From Mobula hypostoma (taxonomy: Eukaryota): DNA of 64,000 nt. This document shows, in pieces, positions 39,199 to 51,534 of this stretch (positions within the stretch are counted from its first letter, which is position 1; each line of letters starts with the position of its first letter). The position numbers and the translations under genes were made by a program. The stretch covers positions 82,152,001-82,216,000 of the forward strand of contig NC_086097.1 of NCBI RefSeq assembly GCF_963921235.1, read 5' to 3'. Under the pieces are notes generated by a model. The model saw only the letters and a list, made by a program, of their open reading frames with translations. It was not told the origin of the DNA and did not search any database.

Positions 39199-39661
39199 TG
39201 TGCTGTGTACGTACATCTATTGATGCTTCTGGACACACCTTCAGTGATGTTCCTGGAATCATCGGGTGTTTCGGGTCTTTCAACATCATACAACCTCCTC
39301 CAGGTGACGCAGCCGGGGCTGATCAGACCCCAGCTTGTGTCCAGATGGCTAGCTACTTATGACTCCATGGCTCCCCACTTTTGAGCCACAGCCATCTTGA
39401 GGCCCTCTCTGCTGCATCGGCGGTACTGCGGATGGCTCTCCTCTTCCTCTCTCCCTCGATGCCCAAAATGCTGAAGGCTCTAACTAAAGAATGGGCTACG
39501 AATCCCCTACAACCAACCTCCACTGGGAGACACCTCGCTCTCCATCCAGCCTGCTGACAGTTGCTGACCAGTCCTGCGTACTTGGAGAGCTTCCTTTCAA
39601 AGGCCTCCTCCAAGCTATCTTCCCATGGGACTGTCAGCTCCAGCAGCACCACTTGCTTAGT
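39199..39661 (-). mobile_element. 3' fragment of an RLE-type (HERO/NeSL group) non-LTR retrotransposon
   Basis: LLELTVPWE..AFERKLSKY..PVEVGCRGF..AERASRWLW is a restriction-like endonuclease C-terminus; TGGCCC is duplicated at 39193-39198 and 39662-39667. Confidence 0.85.
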
Positions 39662-42600
39662 TGGCCCAAATGAGGATAATCCTAAATTTTTTGAAGATTT
39701 TTTCCTTACTGTGCCTACTTTACGAGGCTTTTATATCATTGAAGGAGACTTAATTGTACTTTAAACCCAGCAATAGATTGCCTATAAGGCACAAACTAGA
39801 AAATTACTAAAACAATACATTGTGGATATAAACTTGGTTGAAGTATGGAGAGAACAAAATAGAATACTCCTGTCATTCAAGTACATGTAAATCTCACTCT
39901 CGTATTGATTATTTTCTTGTTTCAAGAGAGCTCTTATCAAAGATTAAAAATTGCTGGTATGATAGCATGGTAATAAGTGACCACGCTGCTATTTCATTAA
40001 ATATTCATATAGAGAAATTTATTCACAGTCCCCCTAACTGGCGATTTCAGGTGAGATGGCTACAAAACCCAGACTTTGTTAAATTTGTGGGAACTAAAAT
40101 AGATAGTTATTTTGAGTTCAATACAGATCAAACTAGTGCCAGCACGAGATGGGAGGCGTTCAAGGCATATATTAGAGGAGAAGTCATTAGTTATACAAGC
40201 TCCAAGGCCAAACAACAAAAAATAGAGGTGGAAACTTTGGAAAAACAAATTAAATCTTTAGAGATAGAACTAAATGAAAGGGATGATCCAACAAAACAAA
40301 GAGATCTGCTACTTTTTGAGAGCCAAATATAATAAATTATCTGCTGATAAAGCTGCAAAAAGTTTAATGTGGCTGAAGCAATCTTATTACGATCAAGGAG
40401 AAAAAGCTGGGAAACTTTTGACATGGAGAATTTCAAAAATACAGTCTGATAGAGCAATTAACAGTATAATAACCTCTTCAGGAAGCCTAACAGTAGGCCC
40501 ATTGGGAATTAATAACCATTTTAGAGAATTTTATGAACATTTATATAGATCAGAAAGCCCCCAAGCCTCAGAAGAACGGGGCACATTTCCTGATCAGTTT
40601 CAATTCCAGACACTGACAGAAGGTGCAAAAAAGGAGTTAGATAGAGGTTTAACAATTGAAGAGACATCACAGGTTATCCAAAATATTAACAGTGGTAAAG
40701 CGCCAGGGCCTGACAGCCTACCAATTGAATTCTACAAAACATTTCAAGAAAAATTACTAGTCCCACTCTTAAATATGTATGTTGAATCTCATCGGAATGG
40801 AACTCTTCCACCCTCTTTAAGGTTTGCAATGATAACGCTGATCTTGAAACCAGGCAAACTGCCTACAGAATGTTCTTCACTTAGACCAGTAAGTCTAATT
40901 GGATCGGACACAAAACTACTTTGTAAAGCCTTAGCAAGAAGATTAGATCCTTATATCCCACATCTAGTTCATAATGATCAAAATGGTTTTGTGCAAAAAT
41001 GCCAAGGATTCCATAATATTAGAAGAGTTCTTAACATTGTTCATGAAAAATTTGACACTGAAGATACAGCAGTATTATTATTGGATGCTTGGCAGGCCTT
41101 CGATAGAATAGAATGGCCATATTTATTTAATGTATTGCCTAGATTTGGATTTGGAAAGAACTTCCTTAAATAGATTCAGATTTTATATACAAATCCAATA
41201 GCCAGTGTCTTAACAAGTAGTATAGTTTCTAAACCAGTCATCTTGGAGCAATCTACTCACCAGAGATGTCCTTTGTCACCGATGTTATTTATACTGGCTA
41301 TAGAACCCCTGGCTATGGCAATAAGAATGCAAACAGGCCTGTCGGGCTTCCAGCTAGGAGAACAGGAACATAGAATTTTCTTATATGCTGACGACGTGAT
41401 TCTTTTTTTAACAAGTATTCCAAACTTAATGCAACAGATTGAATTGCTTGGGCAGTTCTCTGGTTATAACATTAACAACTCAAAATCATCAATACTATTT
41501 TTAAACAAAGAAGAAAGATTGAAACCAGTCATAAAAACCCCATTTATAAATGCAAAGGAAGGATTTACCTACCATGGTGTCAAAATTGCCCCTGAAATTA
41601 AAACGATCGTCCCAACAAACTATGATCCACTAGTGGGCGAAGTGAAGGAGACATTGGATCGATGGTTAACAATGCCCATATCAATGATTGGCCGTATAAA
41701 CAAGATCAAAATGAATATACTGTATTACCAAAATTTCCATATCTTTTTCAATCACTTTCTCTCCCACTACCAAGATCATTTATTGATAAGCTTAATAGTA
41801 TTTTTAGTAAATTCATTTGGAATAATAAAAAAATCTAGACTGAGACTTAGGCTGCTATACCTGCCTTATGAAAGGGGAGGGCTATGGCTCCCGAAACTGA
41901 AATGGTATTATTGGTCTGTTTAGTTACGTTCTGCCATGTTTTATTTCACAATGGAGGCCCTTCCAGCCTGGGTGAATATTGAACATCAGTACCAAGCCTC
42001 CCATTAAAGCTCTATCTATACTCTGCAGACCCAAGAAATCTGAAAAGAACAACCGAGAACCCTTTCCTCAAAAACACTATTGACATCTGGTATAAAGCAC
42101 ATCAGCATATTAAAGATACTCCTCCCATTTCTCGCTTCTCCCCAATATGCGGCAATACATACTTCAAGGCAGGAAGAGCAGATGGTGGTTTCAGAATCTG
42201 GGCAGACAGAGGTGTGCAGAAAATAGAGGAGCTTTATATGAATGGTCCTCTATTTGATCAATTGTGTCAGACATACCATATTCCTAAAAAACACTTAAAA
42301 TATTTGCAACTGGAATATTTCATACTATCAAAATATAAGCATTTAATATCTGAACTACCACCATCACATCTTGAAAATCTCATACTTCTGAACCTAAAGG
42401 GGAGGAGTCAGATTTCATTATTCTATAAAGCTTTGATGTCATATGATAAGGAGTCCACCACTGACAGGCTGGAGGCACGGAGACTGGATGTTCAAGAGGA
42501 CATACAAGAAACTGAGTGGGAAATGGCATGCTTAAAAGCCCCAAAGCAATCAATTAACACGAGAATGAAGCTATCACTATACAAATGGTTAATGAGAACT

Positions 42601-42735
42601 TATATTACCCTGGTCAAACTGAACTGTTGGTCCCCTGACATTCCGGACACTTGTGTTAAATGTTTAGAAGAAAAAGGTACTCTGTTTCACTGTGTATGGG
42701 ACTGTCCAAAATTTTAAAAATACTGGAAAACAGTT

Positions 42736-43125
42736 ACACAAGGAAATCTGCAGATGCTGGAAATTCAGGCAACACACACAAAATGCTGGTGGAACACAGA
42801 AGGCCAGGCAGCATCTATAGGAAGAGGTACAGTCGACGTTTCGGGCCGAGACCCTTCGTCAGGACTAACTGAAGGAAGAGTTAGTAAGAGATTTGAAAGT
42901 GGGAGGGGGAGGGGGAGATCCAAAATGATAGGAGAAGACAGGAGGGGGAGGGATGGAGCTAAGAGCTGGACAGTTGATTGGCAAAGGGGATACAGAGCTG
43001 GAGAAGGTAGAGGATCATGGGATGGGTGGCCTGGGGAGAAAGAAACGGGGAGAGGAGCACCGGAGGAAAATGGAGAGCAGGCAAGGAGTTATTGTGAGAG
43101 GGACAGAGAGAGATATAAAAAGGGA
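42736..43125 (-). mobile_element. Penelope-like element terminal segment
   Basis: Pyrimidine-rich (minus) tract, hammerhead motif, and the gatgctgcctggcc..ccagcatctgcag end. Confidence 0.8.
42831..42866 (-). ncRNA. Minimal type I hammerhead ribozyme motif
   Basis: Minus strand reads AGUC-CUGACGA-AGGG-UCUCGG-CCC-GAAAC-GUC-GACU: intact core, helix I AGUC/GACU, helix II GGG/CCC, palindromic ACGU at helix III. Confidence 0.8.
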
Positions 43126-43690
43126 AAAATGGCTGGTCTATTAGCTCCAAAGGCCTAACATCCTCCAGGCTGGGCAAGGACAGCAACAGTTTGGCATGCT
43201 CAGACTCTGATAGTCCAAAAGTCTGTGAGTCTTCCGTGATCAGTACTTTCCGTGTTCAGGAGGGTCTTGAAGCAGACTCACCATTCTAGTAGCCGTGGAA
43301 TTGCCGAGCAACCCTACCACGTAGTAGAATTTGGTGTCATCGGCAGTGATTTCTTGCAGAGCAAGTTGGGCCTCAGCTGGTACAAACCAAACGTCAACAT
43401 TTTCCTCCTAAAACTACAGCAGTTTCAAAGCAACTGTTAGGCCGACATGGTCACTAACTCTGGAGTCGTCAAGAGCATCAGGTTCACTATTATAGGTTTT
43501 TGCAAATAAAAGTAAGTTAGGCATTTTATGTTTAATGAAACCCGTAACGCATTTTATTGAACTTCAAAACCTAAACACAAAAGCATGCTATACGTAATCA
43601 TGTCATAGCATCAGACCGGCCTCTTAAAGTGAAATCCCACCTCATTGTCAGTGGTTGTGAATGTAGTACATTTCTCCCAATTACATTACC
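43126..43690 (-). mobile_element. Gypsy 5' LTR + gag start, same family as 54700-56998
   Basis: Gag WFVPAEAQLALQEITADDTKFYYVV..LPSLEDVRPLELID; LTR ~43490-43690 is similar to 54700-54891. Confidence 0.8.
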
Positions 43691-43694
43691 TTAT

Positions 43695-44095
43695 AGGTCT
43701 ACCTGGACAGGCAGGTTTGTGGATCTTGGGTAGGAGGTAGAAACAGGAGGTGCAGGGCAAGGGAACTCTGAGGTTCCTGGCAGTGGATCAGAGATCCCCA
43801 GAATTAAAAAGGTTAGTGATGGTGTGGGAGACATAGACCAGGTGCTCCTTAGTGGGGTCCTGTTCGAGGGATGAATAAGAGGAGGTGTCTGAGAGTTGTC
43901 GCCTAGCCTCAGCGGTAGAGGTCAGTCCACCGGACTACTACAGCACCCCCTTATCTGCGGGTTTAATGCTGAGGTTAGGATTAGTACGGAAAGAGTGGAG
44001 AACTGTGCGTTTGGAAGGTGCAAAGTCAGAATTGGAGAGAGGAGTGGTAAAGTTGAAATGGTTCATGGCTTGATGGCAGTTACCAATGAAAAGAT
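43695..44095 (-). mobile_element. Penelope-like RT fragment
   Basis: IKPADKG and FYLLPKIHKPACPGR motifs. Confidence 0.85.
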
Positions 44096-44364
44096 CCAGA
44101 GCTCATTGATATGTTCTTTTAGTTTGTAAGTATTGTACCTGTGTTTGGAAATCCTTTATAGTTTGGAAATTTTCTGTAATTCAGAAATCTTTTATAAATC
44201 AGAAATCCTCTGTGAGTGTTAAATGTGTGTTAAGAAGTATCTGTCTATATTTAAATGTGCATCATTTATAAAGATAAACTGATTAAACTACTTTGTTCAC
44301 TGGAAAGGGAGCTAGGAAGGGGTTCACACCACTCAAGCACTGGGTATTACGAGCCACAGGAACT

Positions 44365-45810
44365 AGTTCAAGTTCAGTTTATAGTCATTCAATCATACAC
44401 ATGTATACCACCAAATGAAACAATGTTCCTCTAAACCAAGCTGCACAAGACAGTACATGTAACTCACACACATAACGCATGAAGTATTATTGCCACAAAT
44501 AAATTAACAAATAATAAGGTGCATTTATGGCACAAGTTATCATATAAACAGTTTAGTGCAACTGGTGCTTCCTATGCAATGAGATCCGGATGGTGGCAGG
44601 GAATTCAATAATCTTATGCCTAAGGGAAATCCCATCCTAGCTGTTCTTGTCCTAATGCTACATATCTCCTGCCTCCTGATGGTAGGCGATCAAAGAAGTT
44701 GTTGGACAGATGGGAGAGATCATTGACAATGCTAAGGGCCCTGTATGTGCCGGGCTCCTGATAAATATCTCTAATGAGTGGAAGAGGAATCGTGATGATC
44801 CTCTCGGCAGCCCTTGCAATCCTTTATAGGGACTTGTGGTCAGATGCCTTGCAGCTGGTCAGGCCACTCTCCTTGATGCTTCTGTAAAAATTGATTAAAA
44901 TGGCAGTGGGGGCGGTGGTGAGGAGGAATCCTCAATCAGCTCAGTCTTCTCAGGAAATTGAGAAGCTGCTGTGCTTTCTTGACCAAAGAGGTGGTGTTAA
45001 GGGACCAGGTGAGATTGTCAGTTGTGTGGACTCCCAGAAACTTGGTGCTCCTAACTCTGTCTATGGAGGAGCCATGTATGTGCAGTGAGGAGTGGTCAGC
45101 GTGCTCCTTCCTGATGACCACAATCATCTCTTTGGTCTTGTCCACATTGAGACTCAAGTTGCTGTGCTCACACCATTCTACAGCCACTCTACCTCCTCTC
45201 TGTATGTCTCCTCACAGCACATATATGGCTCCTCTATAGGTGTTCACTACTTTTTTTAGGCTTTTCCATACCAAGGCATTGGTGTTTCCATACCAGACTG
45301 TGATGCAACCTGTCAGTATACTCTCCACCACACATCAGTAGGAGTTTGTCAAAGTTTTAGGTGAAATACCAGTGGAGGCACCGCAATGCTTCCTTCATAA
45401 TTACACTTGCATGCTAGATCCAGGACAGACCCTCGAAAATGATTAACACTAAGGAATTTAAGGTTGCTGACCCCCTGATGAGGACTAGCTCATGGACCTC
45501 TGAATTCCTCCTCCTCCTCAATAATCAGCTCCTTGGTCTTGCTGACATGAAATGATAGGTTTCCAATGTGGCACCACTCAGTCAGGTTTTCAATCTCTCC
45601 CCCCACCCCCCATATACTGATTTGCCACCACCTTTGATTCAGCTTATGATATGGTGTCATCAGCAAACTTGAATATGGCATTGGAGCTGTGCTTAGCCAC
45701 ATGTTCATAAGCGAAGTGAGTAGGGCAGGGGGCCAAGTATAGCTTATGGTGTACCTGTGCGGATGGAGATCCTGGAGGAGATGTTGTTGCCAATCCAAAC
45801 TAGCTGGGGT
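44365..45810 (-). mobile_element. Two degenerate Rex1/Babar 3' fragments
   Basis: WCEHSNLSLNVDKTKEMIV, KFLGVH; (AGTTC)n-like tail at ~44365. Confidence 0.75.
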
Positions 45811-45887
45811 TCTAATGATTCTTGAAAGGTCATAACTACTGCCTGCACAATCTCTTCAGTCAGTCAGTCAAAACAAATAACATAACA

Positions 45888-46641
45888 CAGTGGTCCCCAA
45901 CCACCGGGCCGTGGACTGGTACCAGACCGCAAAGCATGTGCTACCGGGCCGCGAGAAAACAGTATGATTTGGCGATATGAAACGATGTGAGTCAGCTGCA
46001 CCTTTCCTCATTCCCTGTCACTCACTGTTGAACTTGAACGTAGGGTTGCCAACTGTCCCGCATTAGCTGGGACATCTCGTATATTGGGCTAAATTGGTTT
46101 GTCCCATACAGGACTGCCCTTGTCCCGTATTTCCCCCGCTTAGGTAGAGCATTCCTATGAAACCTTTCATGCTGAAATGGCATAAGGCAAAGAAGCAATT
46201 ACCATTAATTTATATGGGAAAATTTTTGACTGTTCCCAGACCCAAAAAGTAACCTACCAAATCATACCAAATAACACATAAAACCTAAAATAACACTAAC
46301 AAATAGTAAAAGCAATAATGATATGATAAATACACAGCCTATATAAAGTAGAAATAATGTATGTACAGTGTAGCTTCACTTAACAGAATCAGGAAGATTA
46401 AGCCAAAACCGATTTGTAGAAAAAAAAAGGCACGTACACGCATGCGCACACAGGTGCTTGCGCAAGGCTTCATGGTCTTGGTAGTCTTTCTCGGGGTAAA
46501 CACAAGTGTCCCGTATTTGACTGCTACTTTTGTCCCTTAATTGGGAGTGAGAAAATTGGCAACCCTACTTGAACACCACCCGCCGCCCCCCCACCCCCCC
46601 GGTCGGCCGGTCCGTGGTGCAAAAAAGGTTGGGGACTCCAG
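45888..46641. mobile_element. hAT (Charlie-like) MITE with an 8-bp TSD
   Basis: TIRs cagtggtccccaacc / ggttggggactccag; ACATAACA at 45880-45887 and 46642-46649. Confidence 0.85.
46041..46567. mobile_element. Nested hAT MITE carrying a Tigger end
   Basis: TIRs tagggttgccaa / ttggcaacccta; TSD cttgaacg / cttgaaca. Confidence 0.8.
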
Positions 46642-47529
46642 ACATAACACAAGCATATGCAACTGACTCTATTTAAAATGGTTTGCTCTAAACACCATGT
46701 AGTCTAATGGCCACACAAGTGCACACAACTGACACTAGTTAGAAACTGCCGCATCCTCTAAATCTTCATTTTCATTGTAAAATTCAAGATAATTTATGAT
46801 TCCTTCAAATTCTTCATAGTTCAAGCGAAATCATTTCATTTTCACTCCTGGCTGTTTCTGGCATCTCCAAGCCGAATGCTTGAAACCGCAGTGAGCAAAA
46901 CAATTCTGAATTGTCTTACTGCTTATTTCTTTCCAACTATCAGTGACAAAAATCACTGCTTTTTTGAACACAAACACACATTCTGCAGACATAATTTAAA
47001 AACTGTTTGCTCTAAGCAGGGTCTAGTGTCTAACAGCCACAAGATGCGCATGCAACCGATGTTAGTTAGAAACTGTTTGGCAGCAGTCTCCTGTCCCAAT
47101 TAAGCAGCATAATGTCCAAAATAAATGGAAGAATCGCAGCTATTTTCTCAATTTGTTTTTGTTCTTGGTAAGTTGCCCCAAATAAGAGGCTGCCTGGATT
47201 AGCTGATCATCCACTTAACCAGATATATGCATATATGCATATGTATCTTGATATTAATTCTGCTACTTGGAAAAAAAATTGCTGATGCTAGCTTTTGGGT
47301 TTCCTGCTACTGTCCATTATCCTCAGTGATCTGCATTTGTTAAGGGTTAGACACTTCCAAAGATTCACCTCAGTGAAGAAGTATCTCCCTATCACAGTCC
47401 AAAGCTGACTCCTTGTGAAACAGTTCTCTGGTGTTGGACATCTCAGTCAGTGGAATCATCTTCTCTGCATCCAGACTGTCAAGCCTTTAAGAATTTTGTA
47501 AATTTCTCGTATTCATCTGAACCTTAGAG

Positions 47530-48423
47530 AACACAGGCCTGAGATATGCCTGTACAGGAGTGAGATATGCCAACTAGTGGAGTGGTGCCGCAGCAACAAC
47601 CTGGCACTCAACGTCAGTAAGACAAAAGAGCTGATTGTGGACTTCAGGAAGGGTAAGAAGAAGGAACACATTCCAGTCCTCATAGAGGGATCAGAAGTGG
47701 AGAGAGTGAGCAGCTTCAAGTTCCTGGGTGTCAAGATCTCTGAGGATCTAACCTGGACCCAACAAATCGATGCAGTTATAAAGAAGGCAAGACAGCAGCT
47801 ATACTTTATCAAGAGTTTGAAGTGATTTGGCATGTCAACAAATACACTCAAAAACTTCTATAGTTGTACCGTGGAGAGCATTCTGACAGGCTGCATCACT
47901 GTCTGGTTTGGAGGGGCTACTGAACAGGACCAAAAGAAGCTGCAGAGGGTTATAAATCTAGTCAGCTCTGTCTTGGGTACTAGACTACAAAGTACCCAGG
48001 ACATCTTTAGGGAGCGGTGTCTCAGAAAGACAGCGTCCATTATTAAGGACCTCCAGCACCCAGGGCATGTCCTTTTCTTGCTGTTACCATCAGGTAGGAG
48101 GTATAGAAGCCTGAAGACACACACTCAGTAATTCAGGAACAGCTTCTTCCTCTCTGCCATCCTATTTCTAAATGGACATTGAATTTTTGGACACTACTTC
48201 ACTTTTTAAAATGTGCAGTATTTCTGTTTTTGCACATTTTAAAAAATCTATTCAATATATGTAATTGATTTACTTGTTTATTTATTATTATTATGTTTTT
48301 ATTTTATTTTTTATTATTATTTTTTTCTCTGCTATATTATGTATTGCATTGAACTGCCGCTGCTAAGTTAACAAATTTCACATCACATGCCAGTGATAAT
48401 AAACCTGATTCTGATTCTGATTC
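47530..48423 (+). mobile_element. Rex1/Babar 3' fragment inserted in an old minus-strand CR1
   Basis: WCRSNNLALNVSKTKELIVDFRK and FYSCTVESIL; (GATTCT)n tail. Confidence 0.88.
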
Positions 48424-49344
48424 TCTGATCTACTCAATCTCTCCTCTTAAGGCAAACCTGTTATCTTTAGAACCAGTTTAGTGACTGTCCCCAGTACTGA
48501 TGTACTCAGAAGCAAGTACACCGTTTCTCAGTTAAGGAGAGAAAACTGTCCACATTATTCCAGCTGTGATCTCACCAAAACCCTTCACAATTGCAATAAA
48601 ACTTCCTACTCCTGCATTCAAATCCTCTTGTCATAAAACCCAACATATGAATTTCTCATTGCATCTGCATGTTAGCCTTAGACAGCTTGTGTGCGAGTAC
48701 ACTTCATTCGTCAATACTGTCCAGTTTCTCTCTTTAACAATTAATTTGCTTTTCAGTAACATGCACCAAAGCAAATAACCTGGCATTTTTCCATATGGCA
48801 TGTTCTCACATACCCAGATTTTCCTTATTTCTTTGAATTTTCTCTGTAACCTTCTGTACACTCACCCCAGTTGGTTTACTGTCATCAGCAAAGATGAAAG
48901 TATGATATTTGGTCCCCTCAGACAGTTGTTGGATTAGATTTTGGAAAGCTGTGCCCTAGCATCAATACTTCATACTTGCAGTTCTGCACTGGTCTCAGGT
49001 TGATCACTGAAGATGGATCTGTTTGTTCGCAACCAAAGTTCTCTGTCCATTTTACATCAGTTATATTACACACTTCACTGTACTCTAACCTTGGTAACCA
49101 ACTCAGCCTACTGGATGGTAGCAAGTACCTTTTGAAAATACAAGTACATCAAAAAATTCTGCTAGTCTTATCCTTGGAGAAGTCCAGATTAGTTAAACAC
49201 GATTTTCCTTCCTTCAACCCATGCTGTCTGTACTTACCTCCATTATTCTTTTCAATGTATTCTCCTATACCCTTTGTAATAAATTCCTGCATTTCCCATC
49301 TCTGATGTTGCTCCCTGTTCTCTCTTTTCTCTTTCACAAGTAGT

Positions 49345-49635
49345 GGGTCTCACGGTAGCGTAGTCGTTAGCCCAATGCTATTAAAGCTCGGGGTGTCGGA
49401 GTTCAACGTTCAATTCTGACATCATCTGTAAGGAGTCTGTACACCCTCCCTATGGAATGTGTGGGCCTTCACTGAGTGCTCTGGTTTCCTCCCACAAACA
49501 TACCAGTGGGTAGATTAATTGGTCATTTTAAACTGTCCTGTAATTAGGCTAGCGTTGAATCAGGGCTTGCTTTGGCAGCATGGCTCTAAGGGGTGAAAAT
49601 GCCTACCCTGCACTGTCTCTCCAAATAAATAAATG
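49345..49635 (+). mobile_element. tRNA-derived V-SINE (HE1-like)
   Basis: A-box ggtagcgtagtcgtta, B-box gttcaattc, V-domain tgctctggtttcctcccaca, A-rich tail. Confidence 0.75.
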
Positions 49636-50439
49636 AATATTGGGTTGAGACCCTGGATCAAGATTTTTGTAGTTGCTTCCACCACTTCAACTCATCACAA
49701 ACTCTTGCACTTTAGATGAAATAATCCCTTTCGGGAACTTCATTCAGAGGAAATTTATGAAATTAATTGTCACCTCTCTGTTCAACTTCTTGTTTTATTT
49801 GTCACATGAAGTTATGGTAGTTTAAAGAAGTTTCTGCTGTGGGTATCAGATGCAGCTTGTTGTGACTGTGATGAGGTCACAGGGAGAAGTTGCGGATATG
49901 AAAGTCTTCACAACAAACACACATTTATCTCCTTCCTTCTGTAGTTCTGCTATTTGTGATTTTTGGCACTTTGTTCTCTCATGAAAATATACATGACATA
50001 GAGTGACTGCTGCTTTATCTCCCTTCCTTCTTGGATTGGCTTTTCTACCACTGCCAATGTTCCTCCAGGCCCTTAACCCACCTGGCTTTGTCCACTCCAT
50101 GTTCAACCCTCTCAAGTTTATGGAGTATATACTCTGTGAGTTCTCCCCTTTCCATAATTAAGCCCAAGGTGTTGCTGTCTCCTTTTTACAAAGAATGATA
50201 AATATTCCTGCACTATCGTCCTTCTTAAACTTTGACTCTAAGGTTTTTCCACACACACAAACACACAGTTAACAAACAGTGGTTTCCTGAATGAGTATGC
50301 GAGCACTGCTCTGGCGTCCTGAATGGTATCTTTCACACTACCCAAGTGTTCTCAGTGGTCAGCTACACTTACATCGTTGCACACTGAATGAGTATACACG
50401 CAGCCCTCTGGCATCCCAAGTGGCCAGTTATCACCCTTT

Positions 50440-51530
50440 TCAATTGTACCGGTGCCCAAGAAGAGCGTGGTAACCTGTCTCAATGATTATCACCCAGTGG
50501 CACTTGCATCCACAGTGATGAAGTGTTTTGAGAGGCTGGTGTTGAAGCATATCAGCTCCTGTCTGAGTGGCGACTTGGATCCGCTCCAATACGCCTGCCG
50601 AAGCAACAGGTCTACAGAAGATGCTCTCTTGTTGGCTCTGCACACAACCCTGGAACATTTGGATATCAAAGATGCATACATCAGGATGCTCTTTATCGAT
50701 TACAGCTCAGCATTTAACACCATCAGCCCCTCAAAACTAATCAAAACTCTAGGACCTGGCCCTCAATACCTCCTTGTGCAATTGGATCCTGAATTTCCTC
50801 ACTTGTAGCCCCAGTCAAGTCAGATTGGCAAAACCATCTCTTCCACAATCTCCATCAGCACAGGAGCACCACAGGACTGTGTAGTTATCCCCCTGCTCTA
50901 CTCACCTTACACTTGTGACTGTGTGGCTAAGTACAACTCCAACACCATACACAAATTTGCTGACAATACCACTGCTGTGGGCTGTATCAAATGGGGTGAT
51001 GAATCAGCATACAGGAGAGAGATTGAAGACTTGGGTGAGAGATGTAGTAACAACAATCTCTCACTCAATCTCAATAAGACTAGGGAAATGATTGTAGACT
51101 TCAGAGGAGGGAAACCGGAGGTCCATGAGCCAGTAAATATCGGAGGATCAGAGCTGGGGCGGGTCAGTAACTTTGAATTCCTAGATGTCACTATCTCAGA
51201 GGACCTGTCCTGAACCCAGAGTATAAATATTATTGAAAAAAAAGCATGACTGTTCCTCTGCTTCCTTGGGAGTTTACGGAGGTTTGGCATGTCATCGAAA
51301 ACTTTGGCAAATTTCTATAGATGTGTAATGGAAAGCCTGCTGTTTGGCTGCATCATGACCTGGTATAGAAACACCAATGCCTTTGAGTAGAATATCCTAC
51401 AAAAAACATAGCGGATTCAGCCCAGTAAATCACAGGTAAAAACCCTCCCAACCATTGAGCACGTCTACTTGAAACATTGCCATAGAAAAGCAGCATCAAT
51501 TATCAAAGATCCTCACCACCCAAGCCATGC
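50440..51530 (+). mobile_element. Rex1/Babar RT fragment
   Basis: [27 protein letters not shown] and IKDPHHP. Confidence 0.85.
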
Positions 51531-51534
51531 CTCA

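Larger units (their letters stand above)
37165..42735 (+). mobile_element. Degenerate, near full-length L1/Tx1 LINE
   Basis: ORF1 coiled coil + ENQSGRRNL..LERVH..RAVLIRFL (~37280-38140); ORF2 FQETH, SRIDYF, ISDH, GKAPGPD, DQNGFV, QAFDRIEW, LYADD and C-terminal CVKC..HCVWDC. Confidence 0.9.

Noticed and set aside
49345..49420. tRNA gene
   Set aside because: tRNA-derived SINE head without an intact cloverleaf, continuing into a V-domain.
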